DNA from: Octopus vulgaris
Taxonomy: Eukaryota
NCBI GenBank assembly: GCA_951406725.2
Contig: OX597833.1
Location: 61,194,001 to 61,258,000, forward strand
Length of the DNA stretch: 64,000 bases
Direction: 5' to 3'
Position numbers and translations under genes: made by a program. The notes under the pieces were generated by a model. That model was not told the origin of the DNA, did no database searches, and saw nothing but the letters and a program-made list of their open reading frames with translations. Positions 37,877 through 50,076 of the stretch are shown piece by piece (position 1 is the stretch's first letter; each line of letters starts with the position of its first letter).

Positions 37877-38097
37877 TATATTATCATTCTGTGTGTGTGT
37901 GAAGGGTGAGCTAGTTAACATTTGTGTGTGATTAATTAACATGTACATATGATTAACTTGTGTGTGCGTGGTTAGCTACTGTACCTAATATACCGTGTGA
38001 AACATCCTTCCTTATGTTGCGGATGACATTAACTATTGCACATGCTGTTCACTGTATATTTAACGAGACTAAATATCATTTCATCTTTCTTTGACAG

Positions 38098-38150
38098 TAT
38101 TGGAGTTGTTTATATTATTTGCTTTCAAAACAGAGTGCCTTCTTGCTAAG
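38098..38150 (+). CDS. DGAT1: DGAT1 exon 5
   Basis: TTGACAG|...AAG|GTAAGT, 53 nt; LLELFILFAFKTECLLAK; phases fit both neighbours. Confidence 0.9.
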
Positions 38151-38429
38151 GTAAGTCAAAATATTCTCCGCCCTCCTCGCACATACCACTTACCCTCTTC
38201 ACCTTTATCCTGTTACGTCTGTTATTTCCGTGTTCACATGGGAAATGTGGAGAGAATAGTTTACACAAATGCATGTAGGTGCAGGCATGGCTGTGTGGTT
38301 AAGAAGTTTGCTTCCCGACTACATGGTTTTGGGTTCAGTCCCACTGCATGGCACTTTGGGCAAGTGTTTTCTACCATACCCTCAGGCCATCCAAAACCTT
38401 GTAAGTAGATTCGGTAGCTAGAAGTCCTG

Positions 38430-38843
38430 GGATTTTTTTCGGTTTGAACGGCAGTTTTTTCTAGCGGTGTCATATGAAATTGTCACCCATAATTATTACC
38501 CTAGTATCGATCTATTGCATTTCAATCTGTTTTAGGGTTAGGGTTAGGGGTGGGAAGGGTATCTTTTTTTCTTCACAAATGTAAATAAACCCAGTGTTTT
38601 TTAAACGAGGGACATATTCATACGGCACAGAATGCTTTTTACCTCAATAGATGTCAGTGATTGGTTGAAATTGCAGAAATTGAAGAAAAAAAATAACAAA
38701 TATCTTACAAACTATGGAATTTTCTCAATAAAGCCAAGAGAAAAAGATGTTTTATAAACACATTCTACCAGTATACGAAGTTTAAAATTTTTTAGTTACC
38801 TAGAAATTATGTTAAAAAACTGCCGTTCAAACAGAAAAGATCC
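38430..38843. mobile_element. MITE with 9-bp TSD nested in a SINE
   Basis: TIR GGATTTTTTTCGGTTTGAACGGCAGTTTTTT / AAAAAACTGCCGTTCAAACAGAAAAGATCC; TSD GAAGTCCTG / GAAGTCCAG; internal (TTAGGG)3; interrupts a family-A-headed element starting at about 38281. Confidence 0.87.
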
Positions 38844-39509
38844 GAAGTCCAGTGTGAGATCCTGATTTCTGTGTGTGTTTCTCTCCTTTTCTTTGACATT
38901 ATACATTGCGTCGTAAATGTCATTGTCATTATAAGCCGTTTCGTCCACTTCCAATATTCTGCAAGAAAATGTCTCGTCTTGGGGAAATATTTCCTTACTT
39001 GGAAACGGGTAAGGGTTGGCAACAGGAAAGAGATTAGGTCAAAGTGACCCTTGCATGCACGGAAAAGAGGATATTAAAACGATGATGATGATATATGCAG
39101 ATTGTTAGGGATGATGTGAAACTAGGAACAGGGCTTGATATCAGCCAAACAAACCGATGCAAGTGGCTATGTGCCTTGTTCAAAAGTATAACACATTGGT
39201 TGTAGTATGGATTGAACACTCAGTCATTTTGTCAATCCTCCAGTACAGATGTTTTTGACATTATTTGGATATTTTTGTGTTGGTGTCTGTCTGTTAGATT
39301 CTTTTGTTTGTTTTTGTGAGTTTGTGACTGTATATCTGCATGTGTGTGTGTGTATATATATATATATAAATAAATAAATAAATATTGGCCTGCTCACTTA
39401 GCCAGTGGGGTGGCGTCATTTGAAGGCTAAAACAATGCGAAGCGCATTGTGACCAGTGATGTGTAGCAACATCTGATAGCCTGGTCGGCCATGGTGATCA
39501 CAGTGATAT

Positions 39510-39980
39510 ATCATCATCATCATCATCATCATTTAGCGTCCGTTTTCCATGCTAGCATGGGTTGGACGGTTCAACTGGGGTCTGGGGAGCCCGAAGGCTG
39601 CACCAGGCCAGTCAGATCTGGCAGTGTTTCTACAGCTGGATGCCCTTCCTAACGCCAACCACTCCGAGAGTGTAGTGGGTGATTTTATGTGCCACCGACA
39701 CAGGTGCCAGACGAGGCTGGCGAACGGCCACGCTCGGATGGTGTTTTTATGTGCCACCGACACAGGTGCCAGACGAGGCTGGCAGACGGCCACGCTCGGA
39801 TGGTGTTTTTATGTGCCACCGACACAAGTGCCAGATGAGGCTGGCGGACGGCCACGATCGGATGGTGTTTGTTACGTCCCCAAAGCACGGAGGCCAGTCT
39901 ATGCGGTACTGGCTACGGCCACGTTCGGATGATTTTCTTGTGTGCCACCGGCACTGGTACCACAAAGATACAAATTCCAT
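39510..39980 (-). mobile_element. Family C element with three near-identical ~62-bp subrepeats
   Basis: (CAT)n tail on plus strand; repeats TTTTATGTGCCACCGACACAGGTGCCAGACGAGGCTGGC...CGGATGGTG. Confidence 0.85.
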
Positions 39981-40418
39981 AAATATATGTATGTATATAT
40001 GTATGTATGTATATATGTATGTATGTATGTATGTACATATATAAATATATGTATGTATGTATGTATATATGTATGTATATATATGTATGTATGTATATAT
40101 ATTTATGTATGTATATGTATGTATGTATATAGGTTTGTGTGTATGTGTGTGTGTGTATGTACGTGTGTGTGTGTATGTACGTGTGTATATATGTACGTGT
40201 GTATATATGTGTGTATGTGTGTGTATGTATATAACCCGTCTCTCTTGATGTACATCTGTCTGCTTGTCTCTTGTTCAGTACCTGTCTCTCAGTATCTCTC
40301 TCTCTTTCTCTCTCTCTCTCTCTGTCTGTCTATCTGATGTTGTTTCTCTTTCTCTTTCAGTGTCTGACTCTCTCTCTCTCTATTTCTTCTTTATTACATT
40401 TCATGTTTTTCTTTCCAG

Positions 40419-40521
40419 AATTCTATCAGTGATAAATCAGGCCAGTTGCTATACTGCATTAACCTGCTGGTTCTTCTCATCTTCCCTGCTGCCCTTATAT
40501 TACATTTACATCCAAACCCTG
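40419..40521 (+). CDS. DGAT1: DGAT1 exon 6
   Basis: TTCCAG|...G|GTAAGT, 103 nt; NSISDKSGQLLYCINLLVLLIFPAALILHLHPNP. Confidence 0.92.
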
Positions 40522-42712
40522 GTAAGTTTTATTAAACATTAATTATTCAACATTTCCATTGATACTTTCATATGAAACAAACAAATTATCCAGTTTCATC
40601 TCAACTAAACTTTCAACAATATCACATTAACTCTCTCTCTCTCTCTCACACACACACCACGACCATCACCACTGTAGTGTGATGGAGGAAAAGGACAACA
40701 GAAAAAAGAAGCAAACGGGGAAAAAGAAATACAAAAGGCTTGACCTGTTGACCTCTGCGGAATGAGTGGTCACTCTCATGAAATAGACACGTCTTTCCTC
40801 GCTGCCGTCTCTGTTTGAACTGACCACACGTGCTTCCTGCCCACGCATGCCCTCTGCCTGTCTCAACGGCCCCTGCAAGCCTTACTTCCGTCCACCTCAT
40901 ATGCAATCCCCTCCACCAACACCACATAGCTCCATCACAGCCCATAACACCACTGCCATCACCACCACCACTATCGTCATTGTCACTATGATTGCCAACA
41001 CTGCCATCACTGGCGCTATCACCCCCCCTCACTATTTTGACCAAGATCATCACCATGACTATCATAATTTTACATTTGCTTTCCATATTGGCAAGGTTTG
41101 GATTGGACAGTATTGCCCAAGTCCATTCTTACTTGGAACTAATGTTCTCCTTGTTGATTTAACCCTTTCGTTACCAACCCGGCTGAAACTGGCTCTGAGT
41201 ACAAATATTTTGTTTCCATAAGTTTTGAATTAAAATCTTCCACCAAACCTTAGTCACAATTTATGTTCCTAACACTAGCTTAATGATAACTAAGATATTT
41301 TACTAAATTCTGTGTTACATTTAAAGTAGTTGAAAGAAACACAGAGCATCTCAAAATAAATACAGTATCCTTCATTGCATAGGTGGCATTGACAGAGATG
41401 AGGGGCTATTGAGAAGTAATGTGGGGAAGTGACTGGAGATTAAAGTCAATGAGTGACTTATACATGTAACAAAGTCACCAATCATAGTAGTTCTTTGTCT
41501 CTTAGTCAGCTCCTCTGTGTGTGTGTTGTAACAGCTAATGTAAAATGGATATAGCATGGACAGGGCTACAGGGTTGGTTGCCCTGGGTGCAAAATTTTAA
41601 AAGAAAAACAAAGTAGTAATAATAAGGATAAAAATGTACTGCACTTTTCCCTCAGTACTTGCTTTGCCCCCTAGCCACTGGCAACCCACACTGCACCACT
41701 ACCTATTTCTTTACTACCCACAAGGGGCTAAACACAGAGAGGACAAACAAGGACAGACAAATGGATTACGTCGATTATATCGACCCCAGTGCATAACTGG
41801 TACTTATTTAATCGACTCCCAAAAGGATGAAAGGCAAAGTCGACTTTGGCAGAATTTGAACTCAGAACATAGCGGCAGACGAAATACCGCTAAACAATTA
41901 CCCCAGCTAAACAATTCTGCCAGCTCGCTGCTACCACTGATGTAATGACCTGAAAGTAGAACTAATTGTTAATTAGTATTTGCTCTGTTTCAGACAGTCG
42001 TTATGTCAATAATAAACATATGCTCTGGTTCTATACTACTCCTTTATTATTTATCAGTCGGTTAACTATATAACCAATTAACTAATTGATTGATTGAGTA
42101 ATCAATCGGATTCACAGCTACTTCAATGACATGCCCTCTCTACTTCAGGCCAGCTTCAGGTCTGAATAATTGACGAATAATAAAGAAGTGAAATACAACA
42201 AAATCTGAAAATACGAAAACAAAGTTAATTAGTTCTAGCTAGAAGTGGAATTATCCATCCATCCCCCTTCTCCACCCACTATTCTGGGGTGGGTTGTGGG
42301 GGTAAAGTTCTCAAGCTCCTCTTCCATAGGGTCTTGTCAGAAGCAACTGTCAGACTTTCTGGATGGATTCCCAAGCATGACCAACTGAGATTATGGTAGA
42401 GCCCTTCTTGTTCTACCTTTAGTTGGCTTGGCTTGAAGAACCTGTGACATTCTAATCACATCTCCACAGTACTGGAGCTGTGGCACCACCAGATGAAACT
42501 CCCTGATCTCTGAGCTATGCACCCTGTGAAGCAACATTATTCCAGAGATCCTTTCGAGGAACCCCATTTCTTCTACTTGTATTTATGGTCAGCACTCAGC
42601 ATTCATGACTCTAGGTGAACATAGGCACAAAAACTAAACTGAAAATAGTGAGTTTGGGTTTGAAAGTAGAATTGATCAGAATTTTAGCACTGAGTCAGTT
42701 ATTAATTTTTCT

Positions 42713-42811
42713 GTTTGTTATTCAAAAGAAATGTTTGTTCATTCAAGTAAAAACATTGTTTACAATGTTTTTACTTGAATGAACAAACTTTTCTCCTTTT
42801 GAATAACAAAC
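42713..42811. repeat. AT-rich inverted repeat
   Basis: GTTTGTTCATTCAAGTAAAAACATTGT-TT-ACAATGTTTTTACTTGAATGAACAAAC with an outer stem GTTTGTTATTCAAAAG / CTTTTGAATAACAAAC. Confidence 0.9.
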
Positions 42812-44207
42812 TAAAATTAGATCTTTAAGAAAAATAAAGACTAATCCAACTTTGACATAGTTTTTCTAATTCTGTATTGATGACCTGAAAGAATTGTTTT
42901 AAGAGTTGATCAAGATAAAGAAAACAAGATACATTGTTCTGTTAGAAGTGGATATTAATAAACGTAGAATACCAAAAGTTCAAATACCTTCGAAATATGT
43001 ATAAATCCGTGACATTTTAGAGATCTTGGTGAAATAGTTATGTATATTGGGTCACATCTTCTGGAGATATTGTAATTTTGAATTTCTTCCAAAATAAAGT
43101 AAAATCTGCTGTGAAATATTTAAAAAAAGACAATTTTAAATTTGAATTTTTAAAATTTGGTATAAAAATTGGTGGAAAAAAAAAAAAAAAAATTATTACT
43201 TAGCGGTTCAGCCCGTTACTTAGCGGTTCAGCAAAAGAGACCGATAGAATAAGTACTGGGCTTACAAAAGAATAAGTCCCGGGGTCGAGTTGCTCGATTA
43301 AAGGCGGTGCTCCAGCATGGCTGCAGTCAAATGACTGAAACAAGTAAAAGAGTAAAAGAGAGTATTTGGGATCACATTTTCATAAGTTTTTCAGCTTAAA
43401 AAACAAATCAAATGTAATTTATTGCTCATTTGTACAACAGACTTTTTTAAGATTGAGTTTTTGAGAAATTTTTTATCGAAAATATGTAAAAAGATGATCA
43501 ATAAATGATATAACTCCAATAAGTTATTATCATCATCATCATTTTTATCTTCATTATCATCATTTTTACCTTCACAATCATAATCATCATCATTTTTACC
43601 TTCATTATCACATCTTTGTTATTACATCGACTTCAGGTCCACTTTGCCTTTCAGCATTTTGGGGTTGATAAAATTAGTATCAGTCAAGTACTGGGGTCAA
43701 TGTAATCGACTTTCCCCCCTCCCCCAAATTTTCAGGCCTTGTGCCTATAGTAGAAAAGATTATAATAATAATAATAATCATCATCATCATCGTTTAGCGT
43801 CTGTTTTCCATGCTAGCATGGGTTGGACGGTTCAACTGGGGTCTGGGAAGCCAGAAGGCTGCACCAGGCCCAGTCTGATCTGGTAATGTTTCTACAGCTG
43901 GATGCCCTTCCTAACGCCAACCACTCTGTGAGTGTAGTGGGTGCTTTTTACGTGCCACCGGCACGGGGGTCAGGCGAGGCTGGCAACGGCCACAATCGGA
44001 TGGTGCTTTTTACGTACCACCAGCATGGGGGCCAGGCGAGGCTGGCAACGGCCACAATCGGATGGTGCTTTTTACATGCCACCGGCACGAGGCCAGTCGG
44101 GGCGGCGCTGGCAACGGCCACGTTTGGATGGTTCTCTTACATACCACCAGCACTGGTATCACAGCTGCAATTTCCATTGATGTTGATCGATAATATTAAT
44201 AATAATA

Positions 44208-44430
44208 ATGTGAGTTGGCAGAATCGTTAGCATGTTGGGCAAAATGCTTAGTGGCATTTCGTCTGTCTTTATGTCCTGAGTTCAAATTCCACTGAGGTTG
44301 ACTTTATCTGCCATTCTTTTAGGGTCGATAAAATAAGTACCAGTTGAGAACTGGGGTCGATGTAATTGACTTACCCCCTTCCCTGAAATTGCTGGCCTTG
44401 TGCCAAAATTTGAAACTAATATTATTGTTG
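44208..44430 (+). mobile_element. Family B SINE abutting the DGAT1 exon 7 acceptor
   Basis: GAGTTGGCAGAATCGTTAGC head through GCTGGCCTTGTGCCAAAATTTGAAAC tail. Confidence 0.85.
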
Positions 44431-44445
44431 TTGTTGTCGTTTCAG

Positions 44446-44586
44446 CCTTTTCCATTGTGACGTTAGGTTTCTACACCATTGTCTTCTTGAAGTTAGTTTC
44501 ATATTGCAGTGTTAATAGTTGGTGCCGTAACCAAGTAATGAGGGAGACCCCTTTAAAACGACACAAGTCATTCAGCTCCTCTGAAG
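44446..44586 (+). CDS. DGAT1: DGAT1 exon 7
   Basis: TTTCAG|...AAG|GTACGT, 141 nt; AFSIVTLGFYTIVFLKLVSYCSVNSWCRNQ...; contains the conserved FLKL.SY..VN.WCR. Confidence 0.92.
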
Positions 44587-44847
44587 GTACGTATATCTAT
44601 TATATAAACTCCCTTCTGTCTGTCTGTGTGTGTGTGTCTTCTAGGATCTCAGGCATCCTCCATCCGATTGCGCTCAAATTTGATATGTAGATACCGACGG
44701 TATCAGGGCATGTATAAGTCTTGAAAAAATTACAAAAATCGATTCCAGGTGAGAATGCGATTGATAAAGCTGTTTTTGTCCTGCTTTTCTTCCGTCAACC
44801 TGTACATAACTGCACCTTCTGTTTTTTGTTGTTTTTGTATTGCTTAA

Positions 44848-45066
44848 CCCTTTAGTATTTAAACTGGCCATATCCGGCCGAAATATTTAATCTGTTTTAT
44901 GTTCAAACTGACCAGATCCAGGCTCTCACACCTACCCTACAATGTTATTCTACATTAAGTAATTACACCATCAAGATCTTGAAGATATGAGATAATGCAT
45001 GATTAATTCAAATCAATGGGAATCAATAGGCATTATGTTTGATAGAATAATCTGAACACTAAAGGG
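44848..45066. mobile_element. piggyBac-like MITE
   Basis: TTAA|CCCTTTAGTATTTAAA ... TCTGAACACTAAAGGG|TTAA. Confidence 0.8.
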
Positions 45067-46069
45067 TTAAAGGCATGTTTCTTTCCTGCCAAGCTTACTG
45101 TTTAAACCATGTTTGTGTTCTCCAAGTCAACAGCCTTATCATTACTGGTACTTTAAACTCTTTGGTTGCATATTTGTGTGAATAAAATCGTTTTTCCTTG
45201 GAATAGGAAAAAAGTCTACCAAATCCACTCACAAGGCTTTGGTCGGCCTGAGGCTATAGTAGAAGACACTTGCCCAAGGTGCCACACAGTGGGAATGAAC
45301 CCGGAACCATGTGGTTGGTAAACAAGCTACTTACCACACAGCCACTCCCTTTGAGAAAAAGAAAAAAAAAGGAAAGGAAGGACACGTTGGTTAATTTATT
45401 CCTTGATATCCAGACTGTTTATTAAGATAGGGCCGTATGGCTAGAATGTCTTTGATTAGAGATCAACTCACAGAGATCACTGAGGGTTGAACAGTATGAA
45501 TTTAGATAAAACAAACTTTAAAAAGGAAACAAATATAAGCCAGCCATTACTTTGGTTTCCATATTTTTATTGAGTTTATTTAAAATAGATTGATATGAAC
45601 GATGTTTGTGGTTGTATCAATGAAAACAAGGTCATTGTGCTAAATCTTGACTGTTGACTCAAATACTTGTGTAGTCAAAACATGAGGCGACTACGAGAGG
45701 TTTTGTTTGAAAAGTGCAGCCATTATAGAAAAGTGAAATAATAATGAAAAAGTTTTTATCACTGCAAAGTGAATAAAAATGAAATCTTTAGTCAAAACAT
45801 TTTGAATACAAAAGCATAGGTGACAGAATAGTTAAAATGCTAAATCATAGCACAAGCCTTCACGAACCAAAAGAAGTAACCTCTTTCTGAATGACTTTAT
45901 AACAAAAAAAAAGAAGCTAGGAATAGCTTGGATCATAGATTTGTTCAATGAAGGCTAATCTGAGACTAAACAATAAATATTTAGTACAACGACCTCCTTT
46001 TCTTTAACTCCTTTGTCTGTCCTGTGTATCACGTTTCCTTGACATCCATGCATCGTATATGATACAGAT

Positions 46070-46475
46070 TCTCTTTTACTCTTTTGCTTGTTTCAGTCAT
46101 TTGACTGCGGCCATGCTGGAGCACTGCCTTTAATCGAGCAACTCGACCCCGGGACTTATTCTTTTGTAAGCCCAGTACTTATTCTATCGGTCTCTTTTGC
46201 TGAACCGCTAAGTAACGGGGGGCGTAAACACACCAGCATCGGTTGTCAAGCAATGCTAGGGGGACAAACACAGACACACAAACACACACACGCATATATA
46301 TATACATATATACGACGGGCTTCTTTCAGTTTCCGTCTGCCAAATCCACTCACAAGGCTTTGGTCGGCCCGAGGCTATAGCAGAAGACACTTGCTCAAGG
46401 TGCCACGCAGTGGGACTGAACCCGGAACCATGTGGTTGGTAAACAAGCTACTTACCACACAGCCACTCCTGCGCC
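46070..46475 (-). mobile_element. SINE family A, full-length copy
   Basis: Reverse complement of family A; older related plus-strand copies at about 46683-47095 and 50368-50720; fragments at 2895-3055, 11900-12025, 43200-43362, 45214-45348. Confidence 0.87.
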
Positions 46476-47738
46476 TATTTTTTTAAAAAATCATCAGAGT
46501 AGCTTGGGACTTATGAAAGGAAAGCTTTGCTTTACCCAGATGAATGAAACAAGGGCTAGCTAAGCAAAAATGCCTATAAAGAAGAATGGACATTTTGGAC
46601 AAATTTATGAAAATGCTTTGGACGGGCAAAGAGCTAATATTTCTACAAACACCATTCATATCAATAGATTTTAATTTTTATAGGTGCAGATATGGCTGTG
46701 TGGTTAAGCAGCTTGCTTCCCAGTCTTGAGTTCAGTCCCACTGTGTGGCTCCTTGGGCAAGAGTCTTCTACTGTAGCCCTGGGCTGACCAAAGCCTTGTT
46801 AGTGGATTTGGTAGATGGATGGAGAATTGAAAGAAGCCCATTGCATGTGTGTGTGTGTGTGTATAAATGTGTGTGCATGTGTATCTATGTTTGTGTTATA
46901 TTTGCTCCCCTCCATTGTTCAACAACCAGTGTTGGTTTGTTAATGTCCCTGTAATTCAGTGGGTTGGCAAAAGAGACCAACAGATTAAGTGTGAGGCTTA
47001 AAATAAATAAATGCTGGAGTCAATTTATTTGTGTAATCCCTTCGAGGCAGTGCTCCAGTATGGCCACAGTCAAGTGACTGAAACAAGTGAAAGATCAAAG
47101 ATACAAATCTTAATTACACATTTTGGATTCCAAGAAATAAATTATCCAAGAGTCCTTCCTTCCTTTTTTTTTTTTCCAATATGGAACATGTAGCAATATT
47201 ATACGTCTTCAAAAGGCAGCAAGCTGGCAGAATCATTAGCAAGCTGAACAAGATGCTTTGTAGCATTTCATCTGTCTTTATGTTCAGAGTTCAAATTCTG
47301 CTGTGGTCAACTTTGCTGTTCATCTTTTTGGCGTCAATAATATAAGTACCAGTTGAGCACTGGGCTCGATGTAATTTTGAGCTTGTCTGAAATGTCCATG
47401 CTTGCTTTCAGACTTTTTTTTTTAGTTAGCCCTTGTTTCATTCATAATTAAGATGGGATGGCCATGGCTAAAATGCCTGGTCATAAGTAATCTCATTCAC
47501 ATATCACCATGGCATAGATAAAGGAAAACAAAAATAAGCCAGCTATTATTTTTTGTTTTGCTTATAATTTCTAAATATCATTTAATTCAATTAGAGGTTA
47601 AATTAGCATCGTTAAGGGATGGTCTTTCTCAGTTTTATAACCAACCTACTAAAGTATTTATCTCCTTATTCATATGATACTCTTCTTCATCATAATTTAC
47701 TATTTAATCTCTACCTGTTTACCCATTATTATCCTTGA

Positions 47739-48103
47739 CTAGCACTATGACCCGGTAACGCCAGGTCATACTGCTAGTGCATGCATATACAGCTGTGTGC
47801 GTGTGCACACACACGTGAGTACTGTCCAAATCTCCGACCAATCACATACAGCTAGCAAGCTTTCAATTGGCGTATCAAGTTTCAGGCATTTTGATTGGGT
47901 TTTGGATAGAAAATTCACAAAAAAGTCACTTCTATTGATTTTTTTAATGGCTTTGCAGGGTGACTGGGGAAATGTAAAGATGTGCACAGCCATCCTTGGA
48001 CGGTTTTGAATGACCATAGAAAGTGCAAGCCCTCTAACTGAAAAATTGTGGATTTGTATAAAGGACACACACACAGACATTTTGCCGTTTATGTATATAG
48101 AGA
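47739..48103 (-). mobile_element. Non-autonomous Helitron-like element
   Basis: Minus strand starts A|TCTCTATATACATAAAC and ends in a strong hairpin (CTAGCAGTATGACCTGG...CCGGGTCATAGTGCTAG) with CTAG|T. Confidence 0.7.
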
Positions 48104-48566
48104 TTATATTTACATATTATTTCTTACCCACTAAACCAACCTGTAACCCCCCTAACTCAAGCATATACCTCTATTAGCCATAAATAATATTCTTCAGTCT
48201 TCTGTGATGATTCTATAATACAGCACATAAAAAACCCAAGGGTATATCTTTTTCTACCCAACTGAAGAGATTTTGCCCTCCAAAATGATTTTAATAATAC
48301 TTATTTAATCTTTAGGCTTAATTGAAACAGCTGTAAGGGACTGTTTGACTTTCGCTGATAATAACTCTTTACCAAATGCTATATCTCCATTTTCTTATTT
48401 TTCATTTAAATATCATTTATGGATCAGGGGCATTGTTTATTGATTGGAGGTGTTGTTTATCAATTGAATGCATTGTTTACCAACCAAGGATTCATTTATT
48501 GATCAGCAGGTATTGTTATATGTAAAATTAATGTACAGAACAAATTTCGCATTTTTCTTTCTCCAG

Positions 48567-48638
48567 GAAGGAAAATTCCTCAAAGTGGTAAAGTTGGCAG
48601 CCAATTAGTTACATATCCAAATAATCTAAATCTTAAAG
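48567..48638 (+). CDS. DGAT1: DGAT1 exon 8
   Basis: CTCCAG|...AAG|GTGAGT, 72 nt; GRKIPQSGKVGSQLVTYPNNLNLK (V.YP.NL motif). Confidence 0.92.
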
Positions 48639-48734
48639 GTGAGTACTTTATGTCTCTTGTACTCTATTTCCCATCTCCAGAAAGTACATTGCTCTCAAAA
48701 CTCCTACTTACTCTTCTGTTACTCAATATGCATT

Positions 48735-49480
48735 ATAGTCCTAGTTATTACTCCACCCCTTATATCTTATAATCCTAGTTGTTGCTCCCATCTATCTTCT
48801 AGTCTTGATTATTGACCCCACTACCTAGTCCTAATTATTGCACCCATATATCTTCTAGTCCTAGTTATTGCTCCCTCATCTTCTAGTCCTAGTTCTTGTC
48901 CCCATATATTTTTTAATCGTATTGCCCTACCCCCTATACTTATTGCTCCCATATAACTTCTAGTCCTAGTTATTGCTCCCATATAACATTTAGTCCTAGT
49001 TGTTGATCCCCTTATCTTCTAGTCCTAGTTGTTGACCCCCACCTCATCTTCTAGTCCTAGTTGTTGACCCCCACCTCATCTTCTAGTCCTAGTTGTTGAC
49101 CCCCCACCTCATCTTCTAGTCCTAGTTGTTGACCCCCCCACCTCATCTTCTAGTCCTGGTTATTGACCCCACCCCATCTTCTAGCCCTAGTTGTTGACCC
49201 CCCCACCTCATCTTGTCTTAGTTGTTGCCCCCATATATTTTAAATTTTAGTTATTGCCCCACTCCTTATACCTTTTCATCCTAATTATTGCCCCCATATA
49301 TCTTCTAGTTGTAGTTATTACCTTGCTCTCACATCTAGTTATTGCCTCCCCACTTATATATCTTCTAGTCTTGGTTGTTGCCTCCCCCCTATGTATCGTA
49401 TAACCCTAGTTATCGTTCTGTTCTGTATATCACTTCTGCTAATTAGCAACCCTCTCACCCATCTTCTACTGTTAGTTATT
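48735..49480. repeat. About 32-bp minisatellite (TCTTCTAGTCCTAGTTGTTGACCCCCACCTCA)n
   Basis: Period 32 at 49021/49053; variable C-run; diverged edges. Confidence 0.9.
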
Positions 49481-50018
49481 GGCCCTCTCCCCTCAAAAGT
49501 ATCTTCTAATGAGGACATGCCACTCTTGTCTCTTTCAACAACAAGTATACAGAAATGTTACTCATGCCAAGAAAACATCACTTCAGCCCCTTCATTATGG
49601 GCAGCATTCAGCTAGGGCCCTCAAAATCACTCCAAATGCTGGGCTTCACTATCTCTAAGGCTCTCCCCTTAAGAGAGTACATCCTTACTAGTCATTGAGA
49701 GTATCATTTTTGTTTACATACCCATTAACATTATGTCCCCTTACTCTGTGCTCTTCAAATGGTTAGTCTACATTACTCCCCAAGGAGCATAAGGCTGGTC
49801 TCCCAGTTTCTCCAGTATATATATTCCTCCCTGGACAAGACACCAGTCTTTCACAGAATTATTTTTACCAACTGAGTAGACTTACTAGTCATTGAGATGT
49901 CTGGCCATTCTCTTCAGGGCCAGAAGCTAACTTCAGCTTCCAACAGTTATTTTGTACAAAAATCAGTTGAGGCCCCCAATAAAACATTGCTCTCACATCT
50001 GGGGTGGTCGTACTGCTG

Positions 50019-50076
<58 letters not shown>

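Noticed and set aside
39680-39880. Regularly spaced repeats resembling a CRISPR array (also 31250-32010 and 5291-5470)
   Set aside because: No unique spacers, no cas genes, eukaryotic intron; these are tandem subrepeats.
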